Below are positions 53,929 to 63,309 of a stretch of DNA of 64,000 bases, in pieces (positions within the stretch are counted from its first letter, which is position 1; the number at the start of each line of letters is the position of its first letter). The stretch is taken from assembly GCF_013149785.1 (NCBI RefSeq), contig NZ_JABEZU010000005.1, forward strand, positions 124,001 to 188,000. The letters are read 5' to 3'. The notes below the pieces were generated by a model. It was not told the DNA's origin and did no database searches. It saw only the letters and a program-made list of their open reading frames with translations. The position numbers were made by a program, and so were the translations under genes. The stretch comes from Isoptericola halotolerans. GTDB lineage: Bacteria; Actinomycetota; Actinomycetes; Actinomycetales; Cellulomonadaceae.

Positions 53929-54611
53929 CGGGCGGGCCGGGGGCAGGGCGCGACCTGCGCCTGGTGCTCGTCGACGACCAGACCCTGGTGCGCCACGGTA
54001 TCCGGAGCCTGCTGGAGATCGCCGGTGGCCTCGAGGTGGTGGCCGAGGCGGACGACGGTGCCACCGGGGTGGACGCGGTGGTGGAGCATCGCCCGGACGT
54101 GGTGCTCCTCGACCTGCGCATGCCCGGGACGGACGGGCTGTGGGCGCTGGGTGAGCTGCGCCGTCGTGGGCTGGCGGTGCCGGTGCTGGTGCTGACGACC
54201 TTCGACGACGACGAGCTCGTCCTGGCCGCGCTGCGTGCCGGCGCCCAGGGCTACCTGCTGAAGGACGTCACCGTCGAGCAGCTCGCGGGTGCGGTGCGCA
54301 CGCTGGCCGACGGTGGGACGCACGTCCAGCCGTCGGTGACCGCACGGCTGACGCGTGCGGTGAGGTCCGGGGTGCTGCCGGAGCAGGAACGCGAGGGGGT
54401 CGACGAGGCCTTCGTGCAGCCGTTGACCGAGCGGGAGACAGAGGTGCTGCGCCTCATGGCCGAGGGCTGCACGAACCGGGAGATCGCGGAGGTGCTGCAC
54501 CTGGCGCCGGGCACGGTGAAGAACCACGTCTCGGCCGTGCTGCTCAAGCTGGACACCACCGACCGCACCAAGGCGGTGCTGCGGGCCCTGCACCACGGTC
54601 TGCTCCACTGA
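53925..54611 (+). CDS. Response regulator (NarL/LuxR family)
   Basis: LVDDQ, LLDLRMP, LTTF, YLLK, LTERE...TVKNHVS. Confidence 0.95.
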   Translation: MTGGPGAGRDLRLVLVDDQTLVRHGIRSLLEIAGGLEVVAEADDGATGVDAVVEHRPDVVLLDLRMPGTDGLWALGELRRRGLAVPVLVLTTFDDDELVLAALRAGAQGYLLKDVTVEQLAGAVRTLADGGTHVQPSVTARLTRAVRSGVLPEQEREGVDEAFVQPLTERETEVLRLMAEGCTNREIAEVLHLAPGTVKNHVSAVLLKLDTTDRTKAVLRALHHGLLH

Positions 54612-54618
54612 GCCGTGC

Positions 54619-54686
54619 TGTGGGCGGGAAATCTGGCCCGATACGCCCGGTGCGTACCCTTCTTAGGCCCAGATTTCCCGCCCACA
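54619..54686. repeat. Perfect 18-bp inverted repeat between convergent genes (REP-like element or terminator)
   Basis: TGTGGGCGGGAAATCTGG (54619-54636) and CCAGATTTCCCGCCCACA (54669-54686), 32-nt spacer. Confidence 0.75.
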
Positions 54687-54695
54687 ACAGGGTGC

Positions 54696-56324
54696 TCAGC
54701 AGGTCTGGTTGCTGCTGTTGTTCCAGGTGATGTTGCTGACCCGCGTGTTGACCGCGCAGGGGGACTCGCGCAGCGTCACCCCGTTGAGCGTGAGGTTCGA
54801 GAACGTCACGTCCCGGGTGTTCGCGAACTCCGAGCGTGCCGCGATGCGGATGCCGCCCGGGCCGGACACGGTGCCGCCCTGGGAGGCGATGGTGACGTTG
54901 TAGCAGTTCTCGATGAGGATGGAGTCGCCGCCGGTGTTCGCGATGTCCACGCGCCCGATCTCCACCCCGCCGGACTGCGAGACGCAGAAGATGCCCCGGC
55001 CGCCGCCGCGGGCGACGACCTCGCCCACCCGGATGTTCGTGGGGTAGCTGTTCCCGACGGCACCGTTGCGGTTGGCCATCCGGAAGGCGGCGTACCCGGT
55101 GCCGGTCCCGGCCCCCTGCCCGTCGACCTTCCCGACGGTGGCGTTGACGGTGTCGTTGAGCAGCAGGCCCGCGTACCCGGTGTTGCGGGCGGTCACGGTG
55201 CCGATCGTCAGCCCGTCCACGCCGTAGGTCTCCACCCCGTGCGACCCGGTGCCGGAGACGTACACGTTGTCGACCCGGATGTTGCGGGCCTCGCGCACCG
55301 CGTCGTTGTCGCGGGAGTCGATCCGCAGCCCGTGCCCGCCGGACATCCGCAGATCGATCTGCCCGAGGTGGACGTCGGAGGAGGTCCGCACCCAGATCCC
55401 GAAGTAGGGCGCGCCGGTCAGCGACAGGTGCGGCACGGACACGTCGCGTGCGTGCCGGATGCGGATGGCGGCGTTGTTGGCGGTGGCCGAGCCGGTGACG
55501 TTGATCGTGCCGCAGACCTCCAGCGAGGTGTGGCTCGGCAGGTTGATCGACGTGGAGCCCGGCATCGAGCCGGACCCGCGGACGACGACGCGCTGCTGGG
55601 TGGTGCGCCCGGCGGTGAGCCCGCCGACGGCGGCGCGGACGGCCGCGACCATGTCGCTGCCCGTGTAGAGGGTGGTGCCGCCGCGACGGGCGGTCCAGGT
55701 GGAGCCGGACTGCACGGCCTCGGTGGTGAAGGAGCCGGCGCCGCACTCGGTCGACCCTCCACCACCGACCTGCACGAGGTCCCACACCTGGTTCGCCCCG
55801 CCCAGCGAGGTGAACTGGCTGAGCCGCGCGGCGGGCTCGCTGGACCACTCCCAGACCTCGAGCGCCTTGCCGCTGTGCCGGTTGAGGAGCTGGACGCCCC
55901 CGGAGGTGTCCACGGGACGCCACTGCTGGTTGGCGCCCGCGTTGTCGGTGTACTGGCGGATCTCGGCGCCGTCCGCGGTGGAGCGCTCCCAGACCTCGAG
56001 CGCCTTGCCGGAGTGGACCGACACGATGCGGTAGTGGCCGGACCCCGCGTCGACGAAGCGCCACCGCTGCCACGCGGCATCGGTGCGGTGCCACTGGATG
56101 ATCTCGGCACCGTTGGCGGTCGAGGCGTTCAGCACGTCGGCCACGAGGCCGCTGTGCCGGTTGACCAGCACGTACTCGGCGGAGGTGTCGATGGTGGCGG
56201 CCCGGGCGGCGGGCGCGCCGACGACGGTCAGCGTCGCCACGGCGACCAGCAGGGCGGCGAGCGACGCCACCAGCCGTCGGGTGCTCCGCCACGGGGTGTT
56301 GCTCGGGAAAGCGATCGTTCGCAC
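54696..56324 (-). CDS. Secreted ricin-B (CBM13) lectin plus parallel beta-helix protein
   Basis: Signal peptide ending ARA; QxW repeats (IIQW, WQRW, NQQW, NQVW) and HSGKALEV repeats; Gly/Asn/Val-rich beta-helix-like C-terminus; AAAGGAG RBS. Confidence 0.82.
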   Translation of the reverse strand: MRTIAFPSNTPWRSTRRLVASLAALLVAVATLTVVGAPAARAATIDTSAEYVLVNRHSGLVADVLNASTANGAEIIQWHRTDAAWQRWRFVDAGSGHYRIVSVHSGKALEVWERSTADGAEIRQYTDNAGANQQWRPVDTSGGVQLLNRHSGKALEVWEWSSEPAARLSQFTSLGGANQVWDLVQVGGGGSTECGAGSFTTEAVQSGSTWTARRGGTTLYTGSDMVAAVRAAVGGLTAGRTTQQRVVVRGSGSMPGSTSINLPSHTSLEVCGTINVTGSATANNAAIRIRHARDVSVPHLSLTGAPYFGIWVRTSSDVHLGQIDLRMSGGHGLRIDSRDNDAVREARNIRVDNVYVSGTGSHGVETYGVDGLTIGTVTARNTGYAGLLLNDTVNATVGKVDGQGAGTGTGYAAFRMANRNGAVGNSYPTNIRVGEVVARGGGRGIFCVSQSGGVEIGRVDIANTGGDSILIENCYNVTIASQGGTVSGPGGIRIAARSEFANTRDVTFSNLTLNGVTLRESPCAVNTRVSNITWNNSSNQTC

Positions 56325-56447
56325 GTCGTGCTCCTTTGCATCGAAGGCGTGCCGCGCGGCCCCCTCGCCGCGGCTCTACAACGATGAATCTATGGGGAGA
56401 CCGTCGCCGGAGGAAAGCGCTGTCTCAGCCCGTGGGACGATGGGCGG

Positions 56448-56669
56448 GTGCAGATCCCTCTGGTGTGGTCCCTCGTCCTGCTCGTCGCTGCGGTGTGGAA
56501 CCTGGTGGTGTGGCCGCAGTTCTGGCGCAGGGTGACCAAGGACCCGCGTGCTCGCGACGAGGCCGGCCGTCCCACCCGCTTCTACACCGTGCACGCCGTC
56601 CTGGTGGTGGTCTCCGTGGTTCTGGCGCTGCTGGTCGGTGTCGTGGGAGTGCTCGGACTCGTCGCCTGA
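56448..56669 (+). CDS. Small membrane protein (SCO4848-like)
   Basis: WNLVVWPQFWRRV.KDPR...PTRFYTVH motif, 2 TM segments. Confidence 0.78.
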   Translation: MQIPLVWSLVLLVAAVWNLVVWPQFWRRVTKDPRARDEAGRPTRFYTVHAVLVVVSVVLALLVGVVGVLGLVA

Positions 56670-56714
56670 ACGACCCGTCCTGCGCGGACGCGCGTTGCGC
56701 GTGACCATGGGGTC

Positions 56715-57506
56715 ATGAGGGCGATCTGGAAGGGTGCCGTGACGTTCGGCCTCGTCAACGTCCCGGTGAAGCTGTACAGCGCCACGTCGGGTCATGACGT
56801 GCCGCTGCACCAGGTGCACGACGCGGACGGCGGCCGGATCCGCTACCGGCGGGTCTGCGAGCTCGACGGCGAGACGGTGCCGTACGAGCACATCGACAAG
56901 GCCTACGAGGACGGCGAGCAGGTCGTCGTCCTCACCAAGGAGGACTTCTCCGCGCTGCCGGCCGAGAGCAACCGCGAGATCGAGGTCGTCGAGTTCGTGC
57001 CCAGCGACCAGGTGGACCCGGTCCTGCTGGACCGCACCTACTACCTCGAGCCGGACTCCAAGAGCCCCAAGGCGTACGTGCTCCTGCGCCGCACGCTGGA
57101 GGAGACGGACCGCACCGCGATCGTGAAGTTCGCGCTGCGGCAGCGCACCCGGCTCGCGGCGCTCCGCGTCCGCGAGGAGGTCCTGACGCTGCAGACGCTG
57201 CTGTGGGCCGACGAGATCCGGGAGGCCGAGTTTCCCTCGCTGGACGGCTCGGTCTCGGTCTCGGACAAGGAGCTCGCGATGTCCGCCCAGCTCGTGTCGA
57301 GCTACGAGTCCGACTTCACCCCGGAGGACTACACCGACGAGTACCAGGTCCAGCTCCGGCAGCTCATCGACGCCAAGATCGAGAAGGGCGACACGATGGA
57401 TCCGGCCGAGACCTTCGGGGAGAAGGAGGAGGGCGAGGGCGGCGAGGTCATCGACCTCATGGACGCGCTGCGGCGCAGCGTCGAGGGGGCCAAGAAGACG
57501 GGCTGA
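56715..57506 (+). CDS. ku: NHEJ Ku protein
   Basis: MRAIWKGAVTFGLVNVPVKLY...DLMDALRRS. Confidence 0.96.
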   Translation: MRAIWKGAVTFGLVNVPVKLYSATSGHDVPLHQVHDADGGRIRYRRVCELDGETVPYEHIDKAYEDGEQVVVLTKEDFSALPAESNREIEVVEFVPSDQVDPVLLDRTYYLEPDSKSPKAYVLLRRTLEETDRTAIVKFALRQRTRLAALRVREEVLTLQTLLWADEIREAEFPSLDGSVSVSDKELAMSAQLVSSYESDFTPEDYTDEYQVQLRQLIDAKIEKGDTMDPAETFGEKEEGEGGEVIDLMDALRRSVEGAKKTG

Positions 57507-57888
57507 GGCTGGGGCAGACCTCTCGGCCAGTACGGACGGAAGGGCTGCCGAAGTCCGTTCTCATCGACGGCGGTCCATGGTGAATGGCGGCGACCCTGGG
57601 CTGCTTTCGTGCGCGCCATGCGGTGCGGCACCCTGGATCGCTCTCGGCTGCGAGGCGGTGCCCGACGGCGGCACACGGGCCCCGTACGGACGTTCGAGGG
57701 AAGCGTAGCGCCAGTGCGCGGCGCCATGGTGCAGACGGGCTGGAAGTGCGCCGCTCGTGGCTGCGCGAGCAGGCTCCGGTGATCGTCGACGCATCAGAGC
57801 CTGAACGCAACCTTGACGCGAGGTGGTCATCTCGTTACCTTCGCCTCCATCGAAGTGTCTGATTTATCGACGATGACCGGAGTGTGCA

Positions 57889-58927
57889 GTGCAGCACGTC
57901 ATGGCTGGTTCACGGCAAGTGGGGGAGAAGGCCTCCTCTCGACGATGGAGGCCGGCCGTGGCGCTGGCGGTGGCGTTGGTCTTCGTCGCGACGGACGCCA
58001 GCGCGGACGTGGGCGAGCCGGAGGCCGCGGACAGGCCGTGGGTCGAGTCCGACACGGTGTCTGTCGGCGATGTCCTGGAGGACGCTGCCGAGGCGGTCCT
58101 CGATCTCATGCCGGATGTCGGTGACGAGGACCCGGGGTCACCCGAGGTGGACGATGCCGCCGAGGAGTGGGACGAGCCGATCGAGCCCCCGCAGTGCGTG
58201 CAGGAGGCGGCATCGCCCCCCCGAGGCGTTCTGGATCGCTGCGAGCTGTGGCCATGATGTGCTGATCCTGGATGAGCTGTCGCCGTGGGACACGGTCTAC
58301 GCCACGCCGCAGGGACGGTTCGTGCGTGACACGACGGTCGTGGCGGAGCGGACCGATGTCAGCGGTGCCTGGGAGCCGGTGGATCCTCGCCTCGAGGTGG
58401 ACGGTGAGGGTGGCCTGCGGGTGGTGTCGCCGGTGGTGGAGATGGAGCTGGCTGGCGCTACGGGTCCGGGCGAGTCGTTCGCATCGTTGGCGACGAAGGA
58501 TGGTGATCTCGGCCTGGCTGTGACGGTCGGCCTGGGTGAGCCGACGGTCCAGGAGAATCGCGCGGTCTATCCGGTGCTGGACGCAGACGGTGCACTGATC
58601 GAGGACGCGGAGCTCGTGGTGCGCATCTCTCCTGACACGACCGGCTTGACCCCGGTGCTCGTGCTGGGCACACCGGGTGCCGCCGATGCTGTGCTGGCGA
58701 TGGTCGGTGAGGACGGTCTGGGCTTCGAGATCTCGACTGGTCAAGGTTTGGAGCTGGTGCAGGTCGGTTCGGACGAGGTTGGCGTCACTGTTGTCGCTGA
58801 GGGAGAGGGTGCGGCGGCGCCGGTTCTGGAGGTGCTGCCTGCCTACCAGTGGGACTCGGCCGGAATTGGTCTCGGCTGGCAGTACGGTGCGCATATTGAG
58901 TCGGGCAAGTACTGGACACAACACTGA
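57889..58927 (+). pseudogene. Truncated, frameshifted large secreted-protein N-terminus (LamG/Rhs-associated type)
   Basis: Signal peptide; +1 shift at C7 run 58216-58222; AASCGHDV...YATPQG...GAWEPVDPRL...QWDS pattern, then abrupt low-GC tail and stop. Confidence 0.55.
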
Positions 58928-58956
58928 TCTGCAAGATGATGGAATCGAGTTGAACT

Positions 58957-59202
58957 GTGGAACCTGTCGTGCTCGTAGCTAGCTTGGCAATGGTCATGTT
59001 TGGCATAGTTTGCCTGGCGTTCCGAAAAGCAATTGGCGCCAAACTCTACCAGATGTCGGACCGCTGGCTTCCTCGCCCGCTTGCAAAGTCGGTAAAAGAG
59101 GCGCCCATGGGTATCGATATGCAAAGGCGGACTGCGATCGTCGGGGCGGCATTCATGACAATAGGTATATTATCCATCGCGATGGATGGTCTATTTTCTT
59201 GA
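58957..59202 (+). CDS. Small low-GC two-TM protein (possible orphan immunity protein)
   Basis: 81 aa, two hydrophobic segments, markedly AT-richer codon usage than the flanks. Confidence 0.5.
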   Translation: MEPVVLVASLAMVMFGIVCLAFRKAIGAKLYQMSDRWLPRPLAKSVKEAPMGIDMQRRTAIVGAAFMTIGILSIAMDGLFS

Positions 59203-59369
59203 GGTTGGGATTCTGGTCTGATCCTTGGCTTGTGCGGAGTTCGTCTTTCCGGATAGGCTCGAAAGGCGACTGTTGCGCCCTGGGTTCAGTGGAGGCTCTG
59301 GTGTGTCCCGCGTTCGATGGAGTCGGATTACTGGATTCTTGTGCCACCTGACCCTGTAGGAGGGGCCTC

Positions 59370-59675
59370 GTGGGACGTCGTGGGTATCCGCCGGAGTTCC
59401 GGCGCAAGGTGTTGGACCTGCTCGAGTCGGGCCGCAAGGTCGCGGACGTGGCGGGCGATCTGGAGATCAGCGATCAGACGATCTACTCCTGGCGGCGCCA
59501 GGACCGCATCGACAAGGGCCTTGAGCCGGGCTTGACCAGTACGGAGCGGGCCGAGCTGACCGCGGCCAGGAAGCGGATCGCCGAGCTGGAGACCGAGTTG
59601 GCGATCCACCGGCGTGCGAGTGAGCGGCTGGGCAAGGTGGTGCCCCCAAAAGGCGGTTCGCAGCGATCGCGGTGA
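59370..59675 (+). CDS. IS3 transposase OrfA
   Basis: YPPEFRRKV...VADVAGDLEISDQTIYSW HTH; CCCCCAAAAGG candidate frameshift site near 59643-59653. Confidence 0.88.
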   Translation: MGRRGYPPEFRRKVLDLLESGRKVADVAGDLEISDQTIYSWRRQDRIDKGLEPGLTSTERAELTAARKRIAELETELAIHRRASERLGKVVPPKGGSQRSR

Positions 59676-60517
59676 TGGCCGACGAAGGCCTGCCGGTCCA
59701 GCCCGCGGCGCGGGTGCTGGGCTGTTCGGAGTCGGGCTACTACGCCTCGCGGGTGCGAGCACCATCGGCCCGCCGGGTGCGGCACGCTCTGCTGACCGAG
59801 ACCATCCGCACCATCCACACCGCCTCGCGGGGTGTCTACGGCGCCCGGCGGGTGCACGCTGAGCTGACCAAGGGTCACGGCGTCCAGGTCTGGCACGGGA
59901 CCGTGGAGATGCTCATGGCTCGTGCCGGGCTCAAGGGCGTGGGGCGGACGCCCGAAGTGGCGTCGGACCCGCCCGGACCTGATCTCGAACGACCTCGTCG
60001 ATCGGCAGTTCGCCCGCGAGCGGGCGACGAGCTGTGGGTCACCGACATCACCGAGCACCCGACCAGGGAGGGCAAGGTGTATTGCACCGTCATGCTTGAT
60101 GTGTGCTCGCGGCGAGTGGTCGGGTGGTCGATCGACTCGTCGCCCACCGCGGCGCTGGTCGCCAACGCGCTCGGCATGGCCATCGAGAACCGCCGGCCAC
60201 CGGCCGGGACGATCATTCACTCCGACCACGGCGTCCAGTTCGGCTCCTGGGCCTTCACCACCCGGGCCAAGGAGTCCGGCCTGGTGCCCTCGATGGGATC
60301 GATCGGTGACTGCTACGACAATGCCGTCATCGAGAGCTTCTGGTCGCGCATGCAGGTCGAGCTCCTGAACCGACGCGGCTGGCGCACCCGCCTGGAGCTC
60401 GCCAACGCGATCTTCGAGTACCTCGAGATCTTCCACAACCGCCAGCGCCGGCACTCCGCCCTCGGCTGGCTGACACCCGTAGAGTTCGAGAACACAGCAA
60501 CGATCACCGTGGCCTAG
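59672..60517 (+). CDS. IS3 transposase OrfB (DDE integrase core) with two compensating internal frameshifts
   Basis: YGARRVHAEL, WVTDITE, HSDHG.QF, DNAVIESF, HNRQRRHSALG; the DLVDRQF segment lies in another frame (about 59944-60025). Confidence 0.85.
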   Translation: MMADEGLPVQPAARVLGCSESGYYASRVRAPSARRVRHALLTETIRTIHTASRGVYGARRVHAELTKGHGVQVWHGTVEMLMARAGLKGVGRTPEVASDPPGPDLERPRRSAVRPRAGDELWVTDITEHPTREGKVYCTVMLDVCSRRVVGWSIDSSPTAALVANALGMAIENRRPPAGTIIHSDHGVQFGSWAFTTRAKESGLVPSMGSIGDCYDNAVIESFWSRMQVELLNRRGWRTRLELANAIFEYLEIFHNRQRRHSALGWLTPVEFENTATITVA

Positions 60518-60556
60518 ATTCCAGCAACCCGGCTCCACGAAAGCCGGGGCACACCA

Positions 60557-60645
60557 CTCGGCCAACGCGTTGTCTCAGGAGTCGCCGACCGGTCCCGATC
60601 GAGGGGACCGCACCAATCTCGGCGAGGCGTTCGCCGTAGCGAATG
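60557..60645 (-). pseudogene. Fragment of an older IS3-family transposase
   Basis: Minus strand encodes TSIRYGERLAEIGAVPSIGT followed by frameshifted D..DNALAE. Confidence 0.7.
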
Positions 60646-61087
60646 CTCGTGCTCTGCCTGAGCCCAGGCGATTCCGAGCCGGAAGTTCCTGGCATTCGCG
60701 ACGACCAGGTCTGCGGCGCCAGTGACGAAGACGCGCGCGGCGTTCTGCGCCATCGTCGTGGCGGCCACCACGCGCGGTGCTGGTCGTGGATGGCTTCTTC
60801 TCCCTGGGTCGGCATGGCCTGGGCGGTGGCGCCGGCGCCGCGGACCGGCTGGTGCGTGACGTCGGATCCGGGGGGCACGCCTCGGTGGTGCCCCCCCGCC
60901 GGGTCCAGGGCGCGGTAGCTGGTGACGGGTAGTACGGGCACCGCGCGGATCGGTCGATCCGTTCAGTCGGCGATGGCGATCCTGGACGTCGAGGATCTTG
61001 CGCACCGCAGGATTCTCGGAGCGGGTGAGGCGGCGGGCGATACCCCCGGGCGGCAGCTGGACCCCTGAGGCCTCGCCGCGCCTGACC

Positions 61088-61627
61088 TCAGCCCGCCGTC
61101 GTGCGGGGAGAGGCGGCCAGGCGTTCGACGATGTGCAGCAGCTCGTCGAGGTCGGGGGACTGGGCCCCGATCGAGCTGCGGTGGTAGAGGCCGTCGCTGA
61201 TCAGCATGATCGCGTGGGCGGTCGGGGCGTCCTCGACCTCGACGGCGATGGCCTCGGTCCACGTGTCGTGGGCGGTGTCCAGGGCGCTGCGGGCGTGGGG
61301 CGCCGATCCCTGGGCCAGCTGGGAGACCGCACGGAAGGCGAGGTCGAGCTCTCCGCCCACGTCCAGCGAGCTGCGCAGCAGGTAGGCCACGGGGCCCTCG
61401 GGCGCGGCCTTCATGGTGGCGACGTCGGCGGCGATCAGCTCGTGGAGGTGCTGGACGAGCCCGTCGACCAGGGCGTCGCGGGTGGGGAAGTGGTAGAGCA
61501 GGCCGCCCTTGGAGACGCCGGCGCTCTCGGCGACGGCTTCCAGGGTGGCGGAACGCTCCCCGGAGGTGACGAGGATCTCGGCGAAGGCGTGCAGCACCTT
61601 GGCTCGGGCGGCAGGGGCGGGAGGCAT
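61088..61627 (-). CDS. TetR family transcriptional regulator
   Basis: ATLEAVAESAGVSKGGLLYHFPTRDAL. Confidence 0.93.
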   Translation of the reverse strand: MPPAPAARAKVLHAFAEILVTSGERSATLEAVAESAGVSKGGLLYHFPTRDALVDGLVQHLHELIAADVATMKAAPEGPVAYLLRSSLDVGGELDLAFRAVSQLAQGSAPHARSALDTAHDTWTEAIAVEVEDAPTAHAIMLISDGLYHRSSIGAQSPDLDELLHIVERLAASPRTTAG

Positions 61628-61655
61628 GGTTGTCAGACTAGCGGTCGAGACGTTA

Positions 61656-61677
61656 CTGTACCGTCTGGACGGTACAG
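61656..61677. promoter_or_regulatory. TetR operator palindrome
   Basis: CTGTACCGTC-tg-GACGGTACAG perfect 10-bp dyad between divergent tetR and MFS genes. Confidence 0.85.
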
Positions 61678-61729
61678 AAGTTCGGCGCGCAGCGTCGCCC
61701 TGGCCGTCGATCGTCGTGAGAGGAACGTC

Positions 61730-63259
61730 GTGACCACCATCTCGGTGACGACACCGCAGCTCCAGGCCCCCGCCCCCTACCCCCGGCGCTGGGCCGCCCT
61801 CGTCGCACTCATGCTTCCGGTGCTGCTCGTGTCCGTGGACAACACCGTCCTGAGCTTTGCCCTGCCCCAGATCTCGGCCGACCTGCGGCCCACCGGCACC
61901 CAGCTGCTGTGGGTCGTCGACGTCTACCCGCTCGTCCTGGCCGGGCTGCTCGTCCCGATGGGCTCCCTGGCAGACCGGCTGGGCCGCCGTCGGCTGCTGC
62001 TGATCGGCTCCGTAGGCTTCGCCCTGGTCTCCGCCGTCGCGGCCTTCGCGCCGACCGCCGGCACCCTGGTCGCCTCCCGTGCCGCGCTCGGGTTCTTCGG
62101 CGCCATGCTCATGCCGTCGACGCTGTCGCTGCTGCGCAACGTGTTCGTCGACCGCGAGGAGCGCCGGCTGGCAATCGCCATCTGGGCCACCGGCTGGGCG
62201 GCCGGAGCAGCCCTGGGCCCGATCGTGGGCGGGCTCCTGCTCCAGCACTTCTGGTGGGGCTCGGTCTTCCTGCTGGCCGTGCCCGTGCTGGTGGTCTTCC
62301 TCGTGCTGGCACCGATCGTGCTGCCGGAGTCGAAGGACCCGGCCCCCGGCCCGCTCGACCCCGTGTCCGTCGCCCTGGCCATGGTCACGATGACCCCGCT
62401 GGTCTGGGCGATCAAGGAGACCGCCTCGTACGGCGTCACCCCGGCCGCGCTGGTGGCCGCCGGTGTCGGGCTCGCCAGCGGGTACGCCTTTGTGCGGCGC
62501 CAGCTGCGCCGCCCGGTGCCGATGCTCGACGTCCGGCTGTTCCGGGTGCCCGCCTTCAGCGGCGGCGTCGTGGTCAACCTGCTCAGCGTGTTCTCGCTGG
62601 TCGGCTTCCTGTTCTTCGTCTCCCAGGACCTGCAGCTCGTGCACGGGCTCGCGCCCGTCAACGCCGGTCTGGCCCTGCTGCCCGGGACCGTCGCGATGGT
62701 GGTCGCGGGGCTCGCGGTCGTCCGCGTGGTGCGCCGGCTGCCCGCCCAGCGGGTCGTGGCCACGGCCCTGTGCCTGTCCTCGCTCGGGTACCTGCTGGTG
62801 GCGCTCCTGGGAGGGTCCGGCGCGCTGGCCCCGCTGGTCGTGGCGTTCGTCGTGCTCTCCGTGGGCATCGGCGCCGCCGAGACGGTGAGCAACGACATGA
62901 TCGTCTCGAGCGTGCCGGCCGCCAAGGCCGGAGCCGCGTCGGCGATCTCCGAGACGGCGTACGAGCTGGGTGCCGTCCTCGGCACGGCGGTGCTGGGGAG
63001 CATCCTCACGGCCTCGTACGCGGCGTCGGTGGTGGTCCCGGACGGTGTCTCGCCGGCCGACGCCGCCGCAGCGACCGAGACCCTCGGCGGTGCGACCGAG
63101 ATCGCCGCGAGCCTGCCTGCCGCCACGGCGTCCGAGCTGCTGGCCTCGGCCCAGCAGGCGTTCGCCGGCGGTGTCGGGACGACGGCGACGATCGGGGTGG
63201 TCCTCACCCTCGTCGCGGCGGTCGTCGCCCTGCTCACGCTGCGTGAGACACGCCGCTGA
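61730..63259 (+). CDS. MFS drug efflux transporter (DHA2, SmvA/QacA-like)
   Basis: SVDNTVLSFALP, WVVDVYPL, GSLADRLGRRR, SETAYELG. Confidence 0.92.
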   Translation: MTTISVTTPQLQAPAPYPRRWAALVALMLPVLLVSVDNTVLSFALPQISADLRPTGTQLLWVVDVYPLVLAGLLVPMGSLADRLGRRRLLLIGSVGFALVSAVAAFAPTAGTLVASRAALGFFGAMLMPSTLSLLRNVFVDREERRLAIAIWATGWAAGAALGPIVGGLLLQHFWWGSVFLLAVPVLVVFLVLAPIVLPESKDPAPGPLDPVSVALAMVTMTPLVWAIKETASYGVTPAALVAAGVGLASGYAFVRRQLRRPVPMLDVRLFRVPAFSGGVVVNLLSVFSLVGFLFFVSQDLQLVHGLAPVNAGLALLPGTVAMVVAGLAVVRVVRRLPAQRVVATALCLSSLGYLLVALLGGSGALAPLVVAFVVLSVGIGAAETVSNDMIVSSVPAAKAGAASAISETAYELGAVLGTAVLGSILTASYAASVVVPDGVSPADAAAATETLGGATEIAASLPAATASELLASAQQAFAGGVGTTATIGVVLTLVAAVVALLTLRETRR

Positions 63260-63309
63260 GGTGAGCCGGGTTGTGGTGGGACCCCCTCGTCGGTGAAGGT
63301 GGGGCCACC

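Larger units (their letters stand above)
59299..60556 (+). mobile_element. IS3-family insertion sequence (1258 bp)
   Basis: TG...CA ends with imperfect IRs (TGGTGTGTCCCGCGTTCGATGGAG / reverse complement TGGTGTGCCCCGGCTTTCGTGGAG); CTC on both sides (3-bp TSD); orfA and orfB. Confidence 0.9.

Noticed and set aside
57507..57888. ncRNA or repeat array downstream of ku (GTACGGACG, CTCTCGGC and GCGCCATG each occur twice)
   Set aside because: Repeats are short and irregularly spaced; no convincing ORF or structure; more likely decayed sequence.
60646..61087. Short ORFs between the IS remnant and tetR
   Set aside because: No recognisable motifs or consistent coding frame.
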